A DNA stretch of 64,000 nt from Longimicrobiales bacterium (GTDB taxonomy: Bacteria; Gemmatimonadota; Gemmatimonadetes; Longimicrobiales; Gaopeijiaceae), in the NCBI GenBank assembly GCA_965203485.1, contig OZ241892.1, positions 128,001 through 192,000 on the forward strand, written 5' to 3'. How positions within the stretch are numbered: the stretch's first letter is position 1; each line of letters opens with the position of its first letter. Under the pieces are notes generated by a model. It ran no database searches, was not told the origin of the DNA, and saw nothing but the letters and a program-made list of their open reading frames with translations. Position numbers and translations under genes: made by a program. Below, piece after piece: positions 48,371 through 59,318 of this stretch.

Positions 48371-48874
48371 ATGAAGAGCACCACTGGATGGATTCGCGCC
48401 GGGCTGGCCGTGCTGGCGCTGACGGTCGCGGCGCCGCTGGCGGCGCAGAACGGCGGGACGCCGGCGGGCGAGATCGAGAAGATCGAGGCGAAGGCGGCGA
48501 AGGAGCTGGACGAGGGGGGCAACTGGGGCCGGGCGGCGTCGTTGTTCCGGCGGGCGGCCGAGTTGCGGCCTGCGGGCGACGCGACGGCGGTGTCGGACTT
48601 GCTGCGGGCCGGGCGGCTCGCGTTCTACGAGGGGCACGAGCGGCAGGCGGTGCGCGACTTCGAGGCGGCGGGCGAGCGGGCGCTCGAGCGCGGCGACGTG
48701 ATCGCGGCGGCCAACGCGTTCGCCGACGCGGCGTGGGTGGCCGAGGCGGACGGGGACGGCGCGAAGGCCGGCGAGCTGCTGGCGCGCGCGCGGCTCTTGG
48801 CGAACTCGCCGTTGCTGGGCGAGGGCGCCCGCAACCAGCTGAGGACGAGGTGGGAGGTGGCCGGCATCCAGTAG
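48371..48874 (+). CDS. Secreted helical (TPR-like) protein, tandem paralog B
   Basis: Signal peptide ending LAA-Q; shared AFYEG.ERQAVRDFEAAGERALERGDV; GAGGAG RBS. Confidence 0.8.
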   Translation: MKSTTGWIRAGLAVLALTVAAPLAAQNGGTPAGEIEKIEAKAAKELDEGGNWGRAASLFRRAAELRPAGDATAVSDLLRAGRLAFYEGHERQAVRDFEAAGERALERGDVIAAANAFADAAWVAEADGDGAKAGELLARARLLANSPLLGEGARNQLRTRWEVAGIQ

Positions 48875-48936
48875 GAGGCCGGGGGGAGGGGCCGCCGGGC
48901 CGCGGCCCTCGGGCCCGGCCCGGCGGATTCCCGTTC

Positions 48937-48979
48937 GGCGGGGCGTCTCCCCAGCGGAGGCGCCCCGCCTTCTTCTTTG
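48937..48979 (+). terminator. Probable intrinsic terminator
   Basis: GGCGGGGCGTCTCC-ccagc-GGAGGCGCCCCGCC stem followed by TTCTTCTTT. Confidence 0.7.
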
Positions 48980-49250
48980 TCGCGAGCGCGGCGGGGCCCG
49001 CGCCTGGAGCGCGCAGGCGGCCGACGACTGCGAGACGACCGCGCGGCGGCGTGCACGGGCTACCCGCAGCTGCCTTGGCAGAAGCAGGCCGGCCAGCGTC
49101 CCGCCCAGCCCCGCTCCGCGCCAGGAAGCGTCGTCCAGCTCGGCGATCCTTGGCCGTCCAGCCGCCTGCGGCGTATCTTTGCCAATCTCCACGCGCATCG
49201 TGCGCAAAGCGCAACGATTAGGAACGACTCCGAAGGGAGCGACAGACCAG

Positions 49251-50063
49251 ATGTCCGACACGCCGAATGGGCGGTTCTGCTGGTACGAGCTGATGACAAC
49301 GGATCCGGAAGCGGCTCAGGCATTCTACACGCGGGTGGCCGGCTGGACCACCGAGCTCTGGGAGGGAAGCGAGAAGCCCTACACGATGTGGATGAACGGC
49401 GAGACGCCGGTGGGCGGCGTGATGGCCCTCCCCGACGAAGCGGCCGAGGACGGTGCGCCGCCGTGCTGGCTGGGATACGTCTCCACGCCGGGAGCGGACG
49501 CCGCCGTCGAGAAGGCGAAGGGCATGGACGGCAAGCTCCTCCATTCGATGGACATCCCGCAGGTCGGGCGCATCGCCGTCCTGGCCGACCCCACCGGCGG
49601 GGTGCTTTCGCTCCTCCAGCCGAAGGCCGACACGCCGGGCCACGACGATTTCGCGCGGGTCGGCGAGTTCTCGTGGCACGAGCTGGCCACCCGCGACTGG
49701 AAGGCGGCCTGGTCGTTCTACTCCGACATGTTCGGCTGGCAGGAAGCCCATCAGATGGACATGGGCGAGATGGGCACGTATCAGATGTTCGGGCGCGGCG
49801 CCCATCCGCTGGGCGGGATGTTCAACGGCCCGGAGGAGATGCCGGTGGGATGGTTGTTCTACATCCGCGTGCCGGACGCGAACGCGACGGCGAAGCTCGT
49901 GGAGGAGTTGGGCGGAACCGTGCTGAACGGTCCCATGACAGTGCCGGGAGGCGATCTCGTGGCGCAGTGCAAGGACCCGCAGGGCGTCGCCTTCGCTGTC
50001 CATTCGACCGCGCCGGAGCAGGCGGACGCGAGCGAGGATTGCGCGAACGGCAAGCCGTCGTAG
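49251..50063 (+). CDS. Two-domain VOC/glyoxalase-family protein
   Basis: GRFCWYELMTTD...AFY, FSWHELATRD, DPTG and DPQG repeats. Confidence 0.9.
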   Translation: MSDTPNGRFCWYELMTTDPEAAQAFYTRVAGWTTELWEGSEKPYTMWMNGETPVGGVMALPDEAAEDGAPPCWLGYVSTPGADAAVEKAKGMDGKLLHSMDIPQVGRIAVLADPTGGVLSLLQPKADTPGHDDFARVGEFSWHELATRDWKAAWSFYSDMFGWQEAHQMDMGEMGTYQMFGRGAHPLGGMFNGPEEMPVGWLFYIRVPDANATAKLVEELGGTVLNGPMTVPGGDLVAQCKDPQGVAFAVHSTAPEQADASEDCANGKPS

Positions 50064-50066
50064 CCG

Positions 50067-51131
50067 TCAGGCCACGTCGATCGACTCGTCCAGGAAGACG
50101 TCCTGGACGAGGTTGAGCAGCTGCACGCCCTCGGCCATGGGGCGCTGAAACGCCTTGCGGCCCGAGATCAGTCCCATCCCCCCGGCCCGCTTGTTGATCA
50201 CGGCAGTGCGCGCCGCCTGGGCGAAGTCGTCGGCCCCGCTCGATCCGCCCGAGTTGATGAGGCCGGCCCTTCCCATGTAGCAGTTGGCCACTTGGTAGCG
50301 CGTCATCTCGATGGGATGCGCTCCGGGCGTCAGTTCCTCGTAAACGCGGGGGTGCGTTCGGCCGAACCCCAGCGCTCCGAATCCGCCGTCCACTTCGGGT
50401 TGCTTCTGCTTGATGATGTCGGCCTGGATGGTGGCGCCCAGGTGATTGGCTTGGCCGGTCAGGTCCGCGGCGGCGTGGTAGTCCGTTCCGTCCTTCTTGA
50501 ACGCACTGTTGCGCAGATAGCACCACAGCACCGTGACCATGCCCAGCTCGTGGGCCATCTGGAACGCCTCCGAGACCTCCTGCAGCTGCCGCGATCCCTC
50601 CTCCGATCCGAAGTAGATCGTGGCGCCGACCGCGGCCGCTCCCAGGTCCCATGCCTGCCGCACTCCGGCGAACATGACTTGGTCGTAGCGGTTGGGGTGC
50701 GTGAGCAGCTCGTTGTGGTTGAGCTTGACCAGGAAGGGAATCCTGTGCGCGTACGCCCGCGAGCACGCCCCGAGGACGCCAACCGTAGACGCGACCGCGT
50801 TGCATCCGCCCTCGATCGCCAGTTCGACGATCTTGGCCGGATCGAAGTAGGCCGGATTCGGAGCGAACGACGCGCCGGCGGAGTGCTCGATCCCCTGGTC
50901 CACGGGCAGGACCGACACGTAGCCGGTGCCGCCCAGCCGCCCGTGGCCGAGGATCTGCTGAAGGCTCCGCAACACCTGCGGACTGCGGTCCGTTGCGGCC
51001 ACGATGCGGTCCACGAAGTCGGGCCCGGGAAGATGCAGGTCCTCCTTGGGGAATCCACGCGCGCGGTATTCGAGAAGATCGCCGGCCTCGTCGCCGAGCA
51101 GCGTCCGCACGCGGTCCGCGGTGGCGGTCAT
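50067..51131 (-). CDS. fbaB: Class I fructose-bisphosphate aldolase
   Basis: [43 protein letters not shown] and [10 protein letters not shown]. Confidence 0.95.
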   Translation of the reverse strand: MTATADRVRTLLGDEAGDLLEYRARGFPKEDLHLPGPDFVDRIVAATDRSPQVLRSLQQILGHGRLGGTGYVSVLPVDQGIEHSAGASFAPNPAYFDPAKIVELAIEGGCNAVASTVGVLGACSRAYAHRIPFLVKLNHNELLTHPNRYDQVMFAGVRQAWDLGAAAVGATIYFGSEEGSRQLQEVSEAFQMAHELGMVTVLWCYLRNSAFKKDGTDYHAAADLTGQANHLGATIQADIIKQKQPEVDGGFGALGFGRTHPRVYEELTPGAHPIEMTRYQVANCYMGRAGLINSGGSSGADDFAQAARTAVINKRAGGMGLISGRKAFQRPMAEGVQLLNLVQDVFLDESIDVA

Positions 51132-53827
51132 CGGGCGCTGCCGCCGATGGGATCGCCTGCCGGCAACGGCAACACCTGCGCCGGAACCGTGTTCTCGATC
51201 CGAACCTGCCACCGCCGGATGTCGGCGTGCACGAGACGTTCGTGCGGAGACCGGTCCAGCCGGTCGCCGGCGATCCGTCCGGTCAGGCGTCCAGCCAAGC
51301 GGCCGATGCCCGAGTTCATGCCTTCGGTGATCCCCTCGAGAGCACCGGCCAACCGGTCCAGCCTGTCCGACAGCACCGCCCGCACTTCGGGCGCGGACGC
51401 CTCGCTGGACGCGCGTTCCATCATTCGGTCCACCACGGCCCGCTGGATTGCATGCAGCACCTGCAGCTCGTATTCGTCGTCGGGCTTGTCCGCGTCCCAG
51501 GTGGCCTCGACCAGCTGGTCCGTCACCTCCTCCAAGTTCGGATAGCCCTCGTCGAGGCTGCCGTAGGCGACGAGCCGGGCCATGCGCTGCGGATGGAGGA
51601 CCTCGCCCACGGAGAAGTCCGCCGCCGCCGCCGCCGCCGCGATCGGATCGAACAGCAGCTCGGTGCGCCCGGGAAACGCCTCGCCCTCTTGGTGGCGGTA
51701 GGCCGGCGGCGGCATCGCCGTCACCAAGTCCTCCGGAAGCTTGAGGAAGTCCACGGTCAAGGTGGACAGGATGGCCTCGAGCGCCCGGCGCTGCTCGTCG
51801 CCGGGCACGATCTCGACCGGGACTTGACCGTCGCCCTTGACGGCGTAGCGGTAGTTGGCGCCTCCCAGGCTCTGCGCCGCCGACCGCAGCTGGAAGCGGT
51901 GGTGCATGTAGAGGGGCAGGAGAACGTACTCCAGGTCCGACAGCGGCCGGCCCTCGCGGATCATGTCTTCGCCGAAGCGCGCCATGCCGATCTCGCGCAC
52001 GCGCAACTCGTGCTCCAGGTGGTCCACCAAGTTGGCGCCGTTGTCCCAGACGCTGGCGTACTGGTGCGCCGCGCCGACGAAGTTGTTGTTGCTGTGCGCC
52101 ATGAATTCCAGCCCGTCGTCGATTCCCCGCATTACGATGGCCTCGAGCGCGGCGGCTTCGTCGGTTCCTTCGGGGAACTCCCGGTACAGCCATTCCACCG
52201 ACAGCTTGTCGTACTCGCCGATGCGCTGCACGTAGGCGTTGGAAAGGTCCAGCTGGCCGCCCCTGATCTCGACGAGCGGCGCCGGATAGTCCATCACGCT
52301 CTCGCGGCCGTAGGCGCTGGCCAGGAAGTTGTGCGGAAAGCCCAGCGTGTGGCCGACTTCGTGCGCGGACAGCTGGCGAACCCGGGCCAGGGCCATCTCC
52401 ACCGCGTCGCCGTTGCTGGCCGCTTCGGCCAAGTACTCGAAGACGGGCGCGGCCGCCAAGCAGGCGCCGTCGTGCATCGGGCCGCCGCCGTGCATGGACG
52501 CGCCGTTCGTTCCCCACGCCGCCCCGAAGCCGTCGCCCGCCGCCCGGCTCGATCCGCCCGGCGACGCGCTGCCGTCCGGGAACGGCGCCGTCATTCCTTG
52601 CGCGAGCAGATAGTCCTGCCGCAATCGCAAGCTGCCCAGGTTCACGACGCCGCGGATGATCTCGCCCGTGCGCGGATCGGTGACGGTGTTCCCGTAGGAG
52701 TAGCCGCGCGTCCTGCGGTGCGTCCAGTGGATCATGTTGTAGCGGATGTCCTGCGGGTCCACGCCGTCGGGCAACGCTTCGACTTGGAAGGCGTTCACGA
52801 ACCCGGCGGCTTCGAAGGCGTCCGCCCACCAGCGCGCCCCCTCGATCAGCGCGCTGCGCACGGGCTCGGGCGTTCCCGGGTCCACATAGTACACGATCGG
52901 CTCGACGGGCTCCGACGGGGCGGGGCCGGGGTTGCGCTTCTGGAGCCGGTGCCGGGCGGCCAGGCGAATTCGCAGGTCCTGGTCGATGGGCTTGGCGTAG
53001 TCGTAGATGGTGGGTCCGTTGACGCCTATGCGCGGGTCCGCGACCCGTGGCCTGTAGCCGTCGTCCGGCAGGCGGATGAACGAATGGTGCTGGCGAAGCG
53101 TGACCGCACTGGGGTTGACGGCGACGCCGCGAACCAAGCCGCCCGGGTTGGCGCTGGTGAAGGTGAGCAGGGCCTCGACCTCGGTGTTCTCGGGAAACGA
53201 CCGGGTCGCGGGCGTGTGAATGGCGGAGCGGGACCGGTCGAGCTGGAAGTTCCCCTGCCCGCGTTGCGCCATTTGGGCCGCCGCTCCGCGGGCGTCGCGT
53301 ATGAAGAAGGGCGTGGCGTCCACGAGCGCCCGTCCGCCCGACTCGGCGACGACGTCGAAGCCCCAGTAGACCGAAGGCGCGAAGGCGTCGCGCACGGCCT
53401 GCACCTCGGTCGCGTTGTCGCTGCGCGCCTGGAACCGGTAGTTCGGCTCCATGAGCAGAAGCCGCGGCCCGACCCGCTTCGGCTCGAGCACGTGCGTGCC
53501 CCGCAACTGCCCGCGGTCGATGCCCACGGGATTGGACCCCAGCCCCGACCCCATCGACACCTGATAGAGGAATTCGCCCGCTCCCGGGTCGATCTCCCAG
53601 TAAAGAACCCCCTTGGCTTCGTCCCAGTAGAGGTCGAAGAAGCCCTCCATGGCCGTCGCGCCCTCGGTCTTCTCGGCGATGGAGGGCAGGCCCTCCCTGA
53701 CGTCCTGCGCGGCAATGGGCCCGATTGCGCCGAAGGTCGTGGCGAAGGCGAGGACGGCGGCCGCGGGCGGCCCGGCGAGCGGACGAGCGGGTCCGGAGGA
53801 ACAGACCGCGAAGCGTGTGGTGGACAT
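51128..53827 (-). CDS. Secreted zinc-dependent metalloprotease (Met-zincin, DUF4953/DUF5117-type)
   Basis: [17 protein letters not shown] Met-turn, DPRTGEI and [15 protein letters not shown] before ATG 53827; the stop overlaps the fbaB start. Confidence 0.9.
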   Translation of the reverse strand: MSTTRFAVCSSGPARPLAGPPAAAVLAFATTFGAIGPIAAQDVREGLPSIAEKTEGATAMEGFFDLYWDEAKGVLYWEIDPGAGEFLYQVSMGSGLGSNPVGIDRGQLRGTHVLEPKRVGPRLLLMEPNYRFQARSDNATEVQAVRDAFAPSVYWGFDVVAESGGRALVDATPFFIRDARGAAAQMAQRGQGNFQLDRSRSAIHTPATRSFPENTEVEALLTFTSANPGGLVRGVAVNPSAVTLRQHHSFIRLPDDGYRPRVADPRIGVNGPTIYDYAKPIDQDLRIRLAARHRLQKRNPGPAPSEPVEPIVYYVDPGTPEPVRSALIEGARWWADAFEAAGFVNAFQVEALPDGVDPQDIRYNMIHWTHRRTRGYSYGNTVTDPRTGEIIRGVVNLGSLRLRQDYLLAQGMTAPFPDGSASPGGSSRAAGDGFGAAWGTNGASMHGGGPMHDGACLAAAPVFEYLAEAASNGDAVEMALARVRQLSAHEVGHTLGFPHNFLASAYGRESVMDYPAPLVEIRGGQLDLSNAYVQRIGEYDKLSVEWLYREFPEGTDEAAALEAIVMRGIDDGLEFMAHSNNNFVGAAHQYASVWDNGANLVDHLEHELRVREIGMARFGEDMIREGRPLSDLEYVLLPLYMHHRFQLRSAAQSLGGANYRYAVKGDGQVPVEIVPGDEQRRALEAILSTLTVDFLKLPEDLVTAMPPPAYRHQEGEAFPGRTELLFDPIAAAAAAADFSVGEVLHPQRMARLVAYGSLDEGYPNLEEVTDQLVEATWDADKPDDEYELQVLHAIQRAVVDRMMERASSEASAPEVRAVLSDRLDRLAGALEGITEGMNSGIGRLAGRLTGRIAGDRLDRSPHERLVHADIRRWQVRIENTVPAQVLPLPAGDPIGGSAR

Positions 53828-54267
53828 TGAGGGTGCCTCCTGCGTCATGCGGTGAGTGGACGGGCCCGCAACAAGCGGAGGGCGGGCCAAGACGGCCCCG
53901 GCACGGCGGCCGGGCGAGCACCGTCGGGACCGTAAGGTATCCGCCTCTTCCGCCGGAGCAAGGCGGCCCGCCGATCCGACTGCCCCATGGCGTCCCCCGC
54001 GATGGCTGTCTCGGCGTTCCGGGCGCGTTGCTCCAGAAGCCGAGCCCGGCGGGCCCAATCGCCCCCGTCAGCGCCGCGCGCACGATTTCGGGTTCGCTAA
54101 GAGCCCTCCGTCATCCGCCCCACAGCCGGGGTCGGCGACGACCGGAACCCCTCGCATGTCGGATCGGCCACCGCGTAGCCGACTTGCCAAGCACGACCAG
54201 TGAAGCTACCTTTGCGGCCTGTCCCCCAACTCTCCCGGCGCAGTTCCGACGGCACTGGAGCAAGAAG

Positions 54268-55368
54268 ATGAGCGACAACAGGGAGTTGCCCTCCGTTTCG
54301 ATCGTATCCAACGGAGATCAATTGGATGGAGATGCCATTGATGAACAAGACGAATCTGGAGGCGCCATTCGCTATTTGATCATGAGCTATGGATCTGACA
54401 TCCCGGTAGATACGATAGTGACTAGACTGAAGAGAGAAGACATATTCGTGCCATCGTTTCAAAGGGATTTTATTTGGACGCTCTCGCAAGCTTCCCGCTT
54501 CATCGAGTCGCTGTTGTTGGGATTGCCGGTCCCTGGCGTTTTCCTGTTCAAGGATCCCGATACCGAGAAACTGATGGTCGTGGATGGCCAACAACGCCTT
54601 CGCACACTGGAGGCTTTTCATGATGGCTCATTTGGCGAACGACGTTTTCGCCTAACCAACGTATCACCGGAATTCGACGGAAAGACGTACGACGACCTAA
54701 CGCAGACCGACCGTCGCCGTCTTGATCATTCCATCATTCATGCGACCGTGTTTCATCAGGGAGAGCCAAGCGACGACCGGAGCTCCATCTACTCGGTTTT
54801 TGAACGTCTGAACACAGGAGGAAGTCCGCTTCATCCGCAGGAAATTCGAGCGTCCGTGTTTCGCGGACGTCTCAACGATCTGTTGTCCGACTTGTCGGTC
54901 AATGACCAGTGGAAAGAACTATATGGATCGCACGGCAAGAGAAAGAAAGACGAAGAGCTAATCCTCAGATTCTTGGCATTGAATGAATCGCTTCAGAAGT
55001 ATGAGCGTCCCATGAAGAGATTCTTGAACAACTTCATGGAAGCGAACAGGAATCCCGACGTGCGAACGCTAGCCAAGTATCGTCGCGTTTTCGAAGACAC
55101 GGTGGATATTGTTTCACGAATGCTGGGACGAAGGGTTTTGCGACCAGAACGGAATCTCAACGTATCTGTGGTCGACGCGGTCTTTGTTGGCCTTGCTCGG
55201 CGGCTTGAACATGGCCCCGTGGTCGACGAAAAATCATTGCAACATGCTACCGACAGCATACTGGAGACTCTCAAGAACGAAGATCTGTACAAGGTAGGCA
55301 CTACAAACAAGGATCGAGTAGCAAAGAGAATCGAGATTGCAGTCTGCGCATACAGAGGTGTTGATTGA
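54268..55368 (+). CDS. DUF262 (GmrSD N-terminal / ParB-like) domain protein
   Basis: PSFQRDFIW, SRFIESLLLGLPVP, VVDGQQRL and FERLNTGG. AT-richer than the flanks. Confidence 0.9.
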   Translation: MSDNRELPSVSIVSNGDQLDGDAIDEQDESGGAIRYLIMSYGSDIPVDTIVTRLKREDIFVPSFQRDFIWTLSQASRFIESLLLGLPVPGVFLFKDPDTEKLMVVDGQQRLRTLEAFHDGSFGERRFRLTNVSPEFDGKTYDDLTQTDRRRLDHSIIHATVFHQGEPSDDRSSIYSVFERLNTGGSPLHPQEIRASVFRGRLNDLLSDLSVNDQWKELYGSHGKRKKDEELILRFLALNESLQKYERPMKRFLNNFMEANRNPDVRTLAKYRRVFEDTVDIVSRMLGRRVLRPERNLNVSVVDAVFVGLARRLEHGPVVDEKSLQHATDSILETLKNEDLYKVGTTNKDRVAKRIEIAVCAYRGVD

Positions 55369-55835
55369 ATTTCCATAACAGAGACAGCGCCCGCTTGAGA
55401 TTTGCGATCGATGCAGTGCGAAGAGAATGCCGTACAGAAGATATGTCGGAAGTGCAACGAGATCGATTGGCGCAGTTGGCGACCATTTGGGCATCTGGAT
55501 ATTTGGAAATCACGTGCCGGGAATTGATACTGTCTTATGCAAAACAGAGATGCGACGCCAGTGTGTCCAAATACGTCGGTTGGAATTTAGCGCGGCTTCG
55601 CAATCCCAAGGTAAAGCGAATTACGGAGGAGATTCGGAAGTTTGATGTTGATATTGCAAAGGAACTCATGCGTTCGTGCTCCGGGCGCATCAGCGAGAGC
55701 GTCGACAGCATTGTGAGTCTTCGTAACGTTGTAGCGCACGGCGGAGCGGCAAGCATTACGCTGGATGGAATATTGGATCATTTTGAGAATGCGTTGCAGT
55801 TTACTGCGAAGATCCAAGAACTCCTTGCCAAATGA
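55365..55835 (+). CDS. HEPN-domain protein (RiboL-PSP / MAE_28990-like)
   Basis: GYLE N-terminal motif and RxxxxH motif RNVVAHG. The TTG start overlaps the DUF262 stop. Confidence 0.8.
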   Translation: MNFHNRDSARLRFAIDAVRRECRTEDMSEVQRDRLAQLATIWASGYLEITCRELILSYAKQRCDASVSKYVGWNLARLRNPKVKRITEEIRKFDVDIAKELMRSCSGRISESVDSIVSLRNVVAHGGAASITLDGILDHFENALQFTAKIQELLAK

Positions 55836-56322
55836 TGGCGGTGTTATTTTCGGTGCTCCGTGCGGGCGTGCCGACGATGTGGTTTATAGGCTTATGAAGA
55901 CGAAGAAAACGGCGATTGCCCGGCGGAGGACGATTGCGAACCAGATGTTCGTGAGTTTGCCGGTGAAGGACCTGCGGCGGTCGCGAGCCTTCTTTGCGAC
56001 GCTGGGGTTCGGATTCGACGAACTCCTCAGCGACCAATCGGCGGCGTGCGTGGCGCTCGGGGCCGGGAAGCATGCGATGTTGGCGACGGAGGAGTTCTTT
56101 TCCGGCTTTGCGCCGGGACGACAAATCGCGGACGCGTCTCGGCACGTCGAGGTCGTCGTCGGGCTGGCGGTGAGCAGTCGCGAGGAAGTGGACGTGTTGG
56201 CCGACAAGGCGCTGTCGGCAGGCGGGAAGGCGTACCGAGAGGCGATGGACTACGGTTGGATGTATGGAGTTGCCCCGGCATGGTGGACACGTTCAATCTT
56301 TCGGGACGAGGAGGAGTCCACG

Positions 56323-56637
56323 ATGCCGAAGAAACGCAAGCAGTACCCGCTGGAGTACCGGCGGCGAATGGTGGATCTGGCGCGTTCGGGCCGGTCGCCG
56401 GAGGCGCTGGCGCGTGAGTTCGAGCCGTCGGCGCCGACGATCCGCAACTGGGTCGAGCAGGCCGATCTCGACGAGGGCCGTCGCGACGACGGGACGACGA
56501 CGCGCGAGCGGGACGAGTTGCGCCGCCTGAAGCGGGAGAACAAGCAGTTGCGCCTCGAGCGCGACATTCTAAAAAAAGCCGCGGCCTGGTTCGCTCGGGA
56601 GAGCGGCTCGATTCCCGGAGAGGGTTCGAGTTCGTGA
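56323..56637 (+). CDS. IS3 transposase OrfA
   Basis: MPKKRKQYPLEYR, HTH, coiled coil ELRRLKRENKQLRLERDILKKAAAWF. GAGGAG RBS. Confidence 0.92.
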   Translation: MPKKRKQYPLEYRRRMVDLARSGRSPEALAREFEPSAPTIRNWVEQADLDEGRRDDGTTTRERDELRRLKRENKQLRLERDILKKAAAWFARESGSIPGEGSSS

Positions 56638-57482
56638 AAGCGCACCGGGCCGTGTTTCCCGTGCGCGCGATGTGCCGCGTCCTCGGTCTCTCCCCGAGCG
56701 GCTTCTATGCATGGCTGAAGCGTCCCCGATCGGCGAGCGCGTTGCGCGACGACGCGTTGCGCGTCTTGGTGCGCCGCAGCTGGGAAGCGAGCCGGCGGAC
56801 GTACGGGCGACCGCGCATCCACGCCGATCTCGCGGCCTGGGGCGAGCGCGTCGGTCCGAAGCGCGTCGCCCGCCTCATGCGCGAGGAGGGCATCGAAGGC
56901 GCGAGCCGCAGGCGCCGCAAGGTGGCGCTGACGGTGCGCGACGCCCACGCGCGCCCGGCTCCGGACTTGGTCGAGCGCGACTTCAGCGCCGAAGGCCCCG
57001 ACCAGCTCTGGGTCGCCGACATCACGTACGTGCCGGCCGGGGCCGGATGGCTCTACCTGGCGGTCGTCGTCGACGCCTGGAGCCGCCGCGTCGTCGGCTG
57101 GGCCATGGAGACGCACCTGCGCGGCGAACTCGTCGAGCGCGCGCTCGCCATGGCCGTCGAGAACCGCAGTCCAGAGACCGTGATCCATCACTCGGACCAG
57201 GGGTCGCAGTACACGTCCTGGGCGTTCGGCGAGCGGTGCAGGAAGGCCGGCGTGCGTCGCTCGACGGGCTCGGTGGGCGACGCCTACGACAACGCGATGT
57301 GCGAGAGCTTCTTCGCCACGTTGGAATGCGAGTTGCTGGACCGTTGCCAGTTCACAAGTCCGGCCGAAGCCCGGCGCGCCGTCTTCGCCTTCATCGAAGG
57401 CTTCTACAACTCGCGGCGCCGACACTCGGCGCTCGGCTACGAATCCCCCGCCGGCTTCGAGCGCAAGCGTGCGGTCGCGTAA
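56634..57482 (+). CDS. IS3 transposase OrfB (DDE/rve integrase core)
   Basis: WVADITYV, HHSDQGSQY, DNAMCESFFATLE and YNSRRRHSALGY. Confidence 0.95.
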   Translation: MKAHRAVFPVRAMCRVLGLSPSGFYAWLKRPRSASALRDDALRVLVRRSWEASRRTYGRPRIHADLAAWGERVGPKRVARLMREEGIEGASRRRRKVALTVRDAHARPAPDLVERDFSAEGPDQLWVADITYVPAGAGWLYLAVVVDAWSRRVVGWAMETHLRGELVERALAMAVENRSPETVIHHSDQGSQYTSWAFGERCRKAGVRRSTGSVGDAYDNAMCESFFATLECELLDRCQFTSPAEARRAVFAFIEGFYNSRRRHSALGYESPAGFERKRAVA

Positions 57483-57708
57483 AGTGCACCGACCCCCTCG
57501 ACACGAGACCGTTCGGCGCCCTTGCGCCTCCGTCCTTCCTAAAGTCATGTTTCACATTGCACCATCTGAACCCAAGATCCTTGCCCGTCCACCATACCGG
57601 GGCAACTCCATTGCACATGGACGAGAGAAAAATGGACGAAGAGAGGACGGCGACGCCGGGGGCGCGCGCGCAACAAGGAGAGCACGCGGAATGACCGCGG
57701 TCCGGGGG

Positions 57709-57827
57709 CTCAAATACGCTCCGGTTGCCCGTTTGGATTGAGGATGGGAATCCCGGCGGTGGACGAAAGGGCAGGACCTTGGACATCGATCTGCGGGAAG
57801 CGGCCAAGAAGGGACTCGGAGCCCGGC
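57709..57827 (+). pseudogene. Decayed inverted copy of the S9 peptidase 3' end
   Basis: Aligns with the reverse complement of ~16561-16678: PVWIEDG...KGRTLDIDLREAAKKG versus PVWMEDGIPAVDKGKTLGTDLKEASKKG, with indels. Confidence 0.8.
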
Positions 57828-57876
57828 GCCTGGCAAGCCCGAAGACGCCGTCGGGGTCAGCCCCAGCGCGTCCACT

Positions 57877-59082
57877 TCATTCTGGGCCGTTCTCCCAGAG
57901 AAGGCGATAGACATGGATCTGGGGCATGTCCAGGTCGTCAGTGGCGAAGCCCAGAAGCTTTTCGTCTGTTGCGTCAAGGACCCGAAAATTCGACGGCAGG
58001 CGAACGGAGGCGATGTGGCGGCCTCGTCGCGTGAACGCCGCCCATTCCCACAGAATCTCGCCGGGCTGGCCTCTTAGTCCAATCCAGAGTCTGTCCCGGT
58101 CGTCGACGGCCATTCCGACGACGGGAGCCCACGTGTACGGAGCTCCGTCCCGGAGAATGCTTGCAATGGCTGGGCTCTGGTTGGCGACCACGGAATCGAA
58201 ATGCTCGGACGACACGGGGATTGGGCGTGTCGGATAGAAGAACGACGCCGAGTCCGTCGCGTCGGTGTCGAACACGGTTACCGACAGGGCATTCGAGTTC
58301 ACGTATGCGAAGCCGCCACCAGGCAGTACGCGAACGAACCCTTGGCGTCCGTAAGGATGGTCTGCGACCGACACGCGGCCCGGCGATCTGACGACCAACT
58401 GCTCGCGCGACGGTGCCAGAAAGACGGAATCAAGCAGTTCCACCTCGGCAGACGCGTCGAGGATGGAGAACACGTCGTGGTGGACTGCGTCCGTCCTGGC
58501 GTCGGCGCCAGCGTGGAAGGCGGGCATGGACACAGCCAAGTAATTCCTCGCCGCCCCAGCCAAGCGCCACAGATTCTCGACGTATGCGGGGACCCCGGTC
58601 AAACGGCTGGAGTCGGGACGTTGGCCGGCGAACACGGTCGCGCGCTTGATGGCGGGGTCGAACACGAACAGGCTGTCGTCGGGGAGCGCTTGTATGTTGG
58701 CCTTCACCACGAACTCGCCTGGTCCCTCGCCTTCCCGGCCGAAGATCGCCAAGGGTCGCAGAAGGGAATCGAGCGCGAGCACGCCGGGTTGCCCCGGGTC
58801 GTTGACGTACACCGCGTGCCGGTGCCCAAATTCGAGACCCAAGACCACCGACAAAAGCACGTCCGCACCGGAGGAGGCTGCCCGCTCCACGCCGATCCAA
58901 GAGTCTTCCGACGCCCACGGGCGGGCGCCTTGATTCCGGGGCGAGCTCTCGGAACACGAGACAAGCGTAGAGAACAGCAAGGCGAACGCGACCCGCGCAC
59001 CGCAGTTCGACGGGAAGGGGGCCGCGGCCCCCCTCCCACCGCGTCTGGCACGATCGTGCCGGACGCCCACTACATCAGGCAT
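57877..59082 (-). CDS. Beta-propeller lipoprotein, paralog of 11472..12653
   Basis: Lipobox LVS-C, RPWAS, FGREGEGPGEF, HPYG, LRDGAPYTW, VDDRDRLW and DDLDMPQI. Confidence 0.85.
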   Translation of the reverse strand: MPDVVGVRHDRARRGGRGAAAPFPSNCGARVAFALLFSTLVSCSESSPRNQGARPWASEDSWIGVERAASSGADVLLSVVLGLEFGHRHAVYVNDPGQPGVLALDSLLRPLAIFGREGEGPGEFVVKANIQALPDDSLFVFDPAIKRATVFAGQRPDSSRLTGVPAYVENLWRLAGAARNYLAVSMPAFHAGADARTDAVHHDVFSILDASAEVELLDSVFLAPSREQLVVRSPGRVSVADHPYGRQGFVRVLPGGGFAYVNSNALSVTVFDTDATDSASFFYPTRPIPVSSEHFDSVVANQSPAIASILRDGAPYTWAPVVGMAVDDRDRLWIGLRGQPGEILWEWAAFTRRGRHIASVRLPSNFRVLDATDEKLLGFATDDLDMPQIHVYRLLWENGPE

Positions 59083-59273
59083 CCGATGCCCGAGCACGCC
59101 TCGCACTGTCCGTGCTTGTCAATCGAGCATCGGTCGCCGCAGCACTTCTTCTCGCCGTTGTGATAGCAGCAGGCTTGGCTGTTGGCGGCCGATGCCGAAG
59201 ACGGCGACAGGAGCATCCATCCTCCGACCAGGATGGTCGCCCCGGCTAGCAGGTTGAGGATGAAGCGGTTCAT
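59070..59273 (-). CDS. Small secreted Cys-rich peptide 4 (67 aa, 8 Cys), paralog of peptide 2
   Basis: AAGGAGG RBS; MNRFILNLLAGATILVGGW identical to peptide 2; CCYHNGEKKCCGDRCSIDKHGQCEACSGIGCLM. Confidence 0.9.
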   Translation of the reverse strand: MNRFILNLLAGATILVGGWMLLSPSSASAANSQACCYHNGEKKCCGDRCSIDKHGQCEACSGIGCLM

Positions 59274-59318
59274 GCGACCTCCTTGTTGGGTTGTGGAACC
59301 ACCGCTTGCATAGGGAGG

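Larger units (their letters stand above)
56265..57610 (+). mobile_element. IS3-family insertion sequence, apparently intact
   Basis: TG...CA ends; inverted repeats TGGAGTTGCCCCGG(C/T)ATGGTGGAC; orfA/orfB arrangement with an AAAAAAAG slippery site at 56571-56578. Confidence 0.95.
55894..57694 (+). pseudogene. VOC/glyoxalase-family gene interrupted by IS3
   Basis: QMFVSLPVKDLRRSRAFFATLGF...SSREEVD...DYGWMY stops at the IS end (56264). The probable C-terminal tail LHMDE... resumes at 57611. Confidence 0.8.

Noticed and set aside
51619..51640. GCC trinucleotide run as a contingency repeat
   Set aside because: It encodes an in-frame poly-Ala stretch, ordinary for this GC content.
50067..54083. 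1338-aa ORF as an aldolase fusion
   Set aside because: Only the last 354 codons are FbaB. The rest is an alternative frame of the metalloprotease gene.
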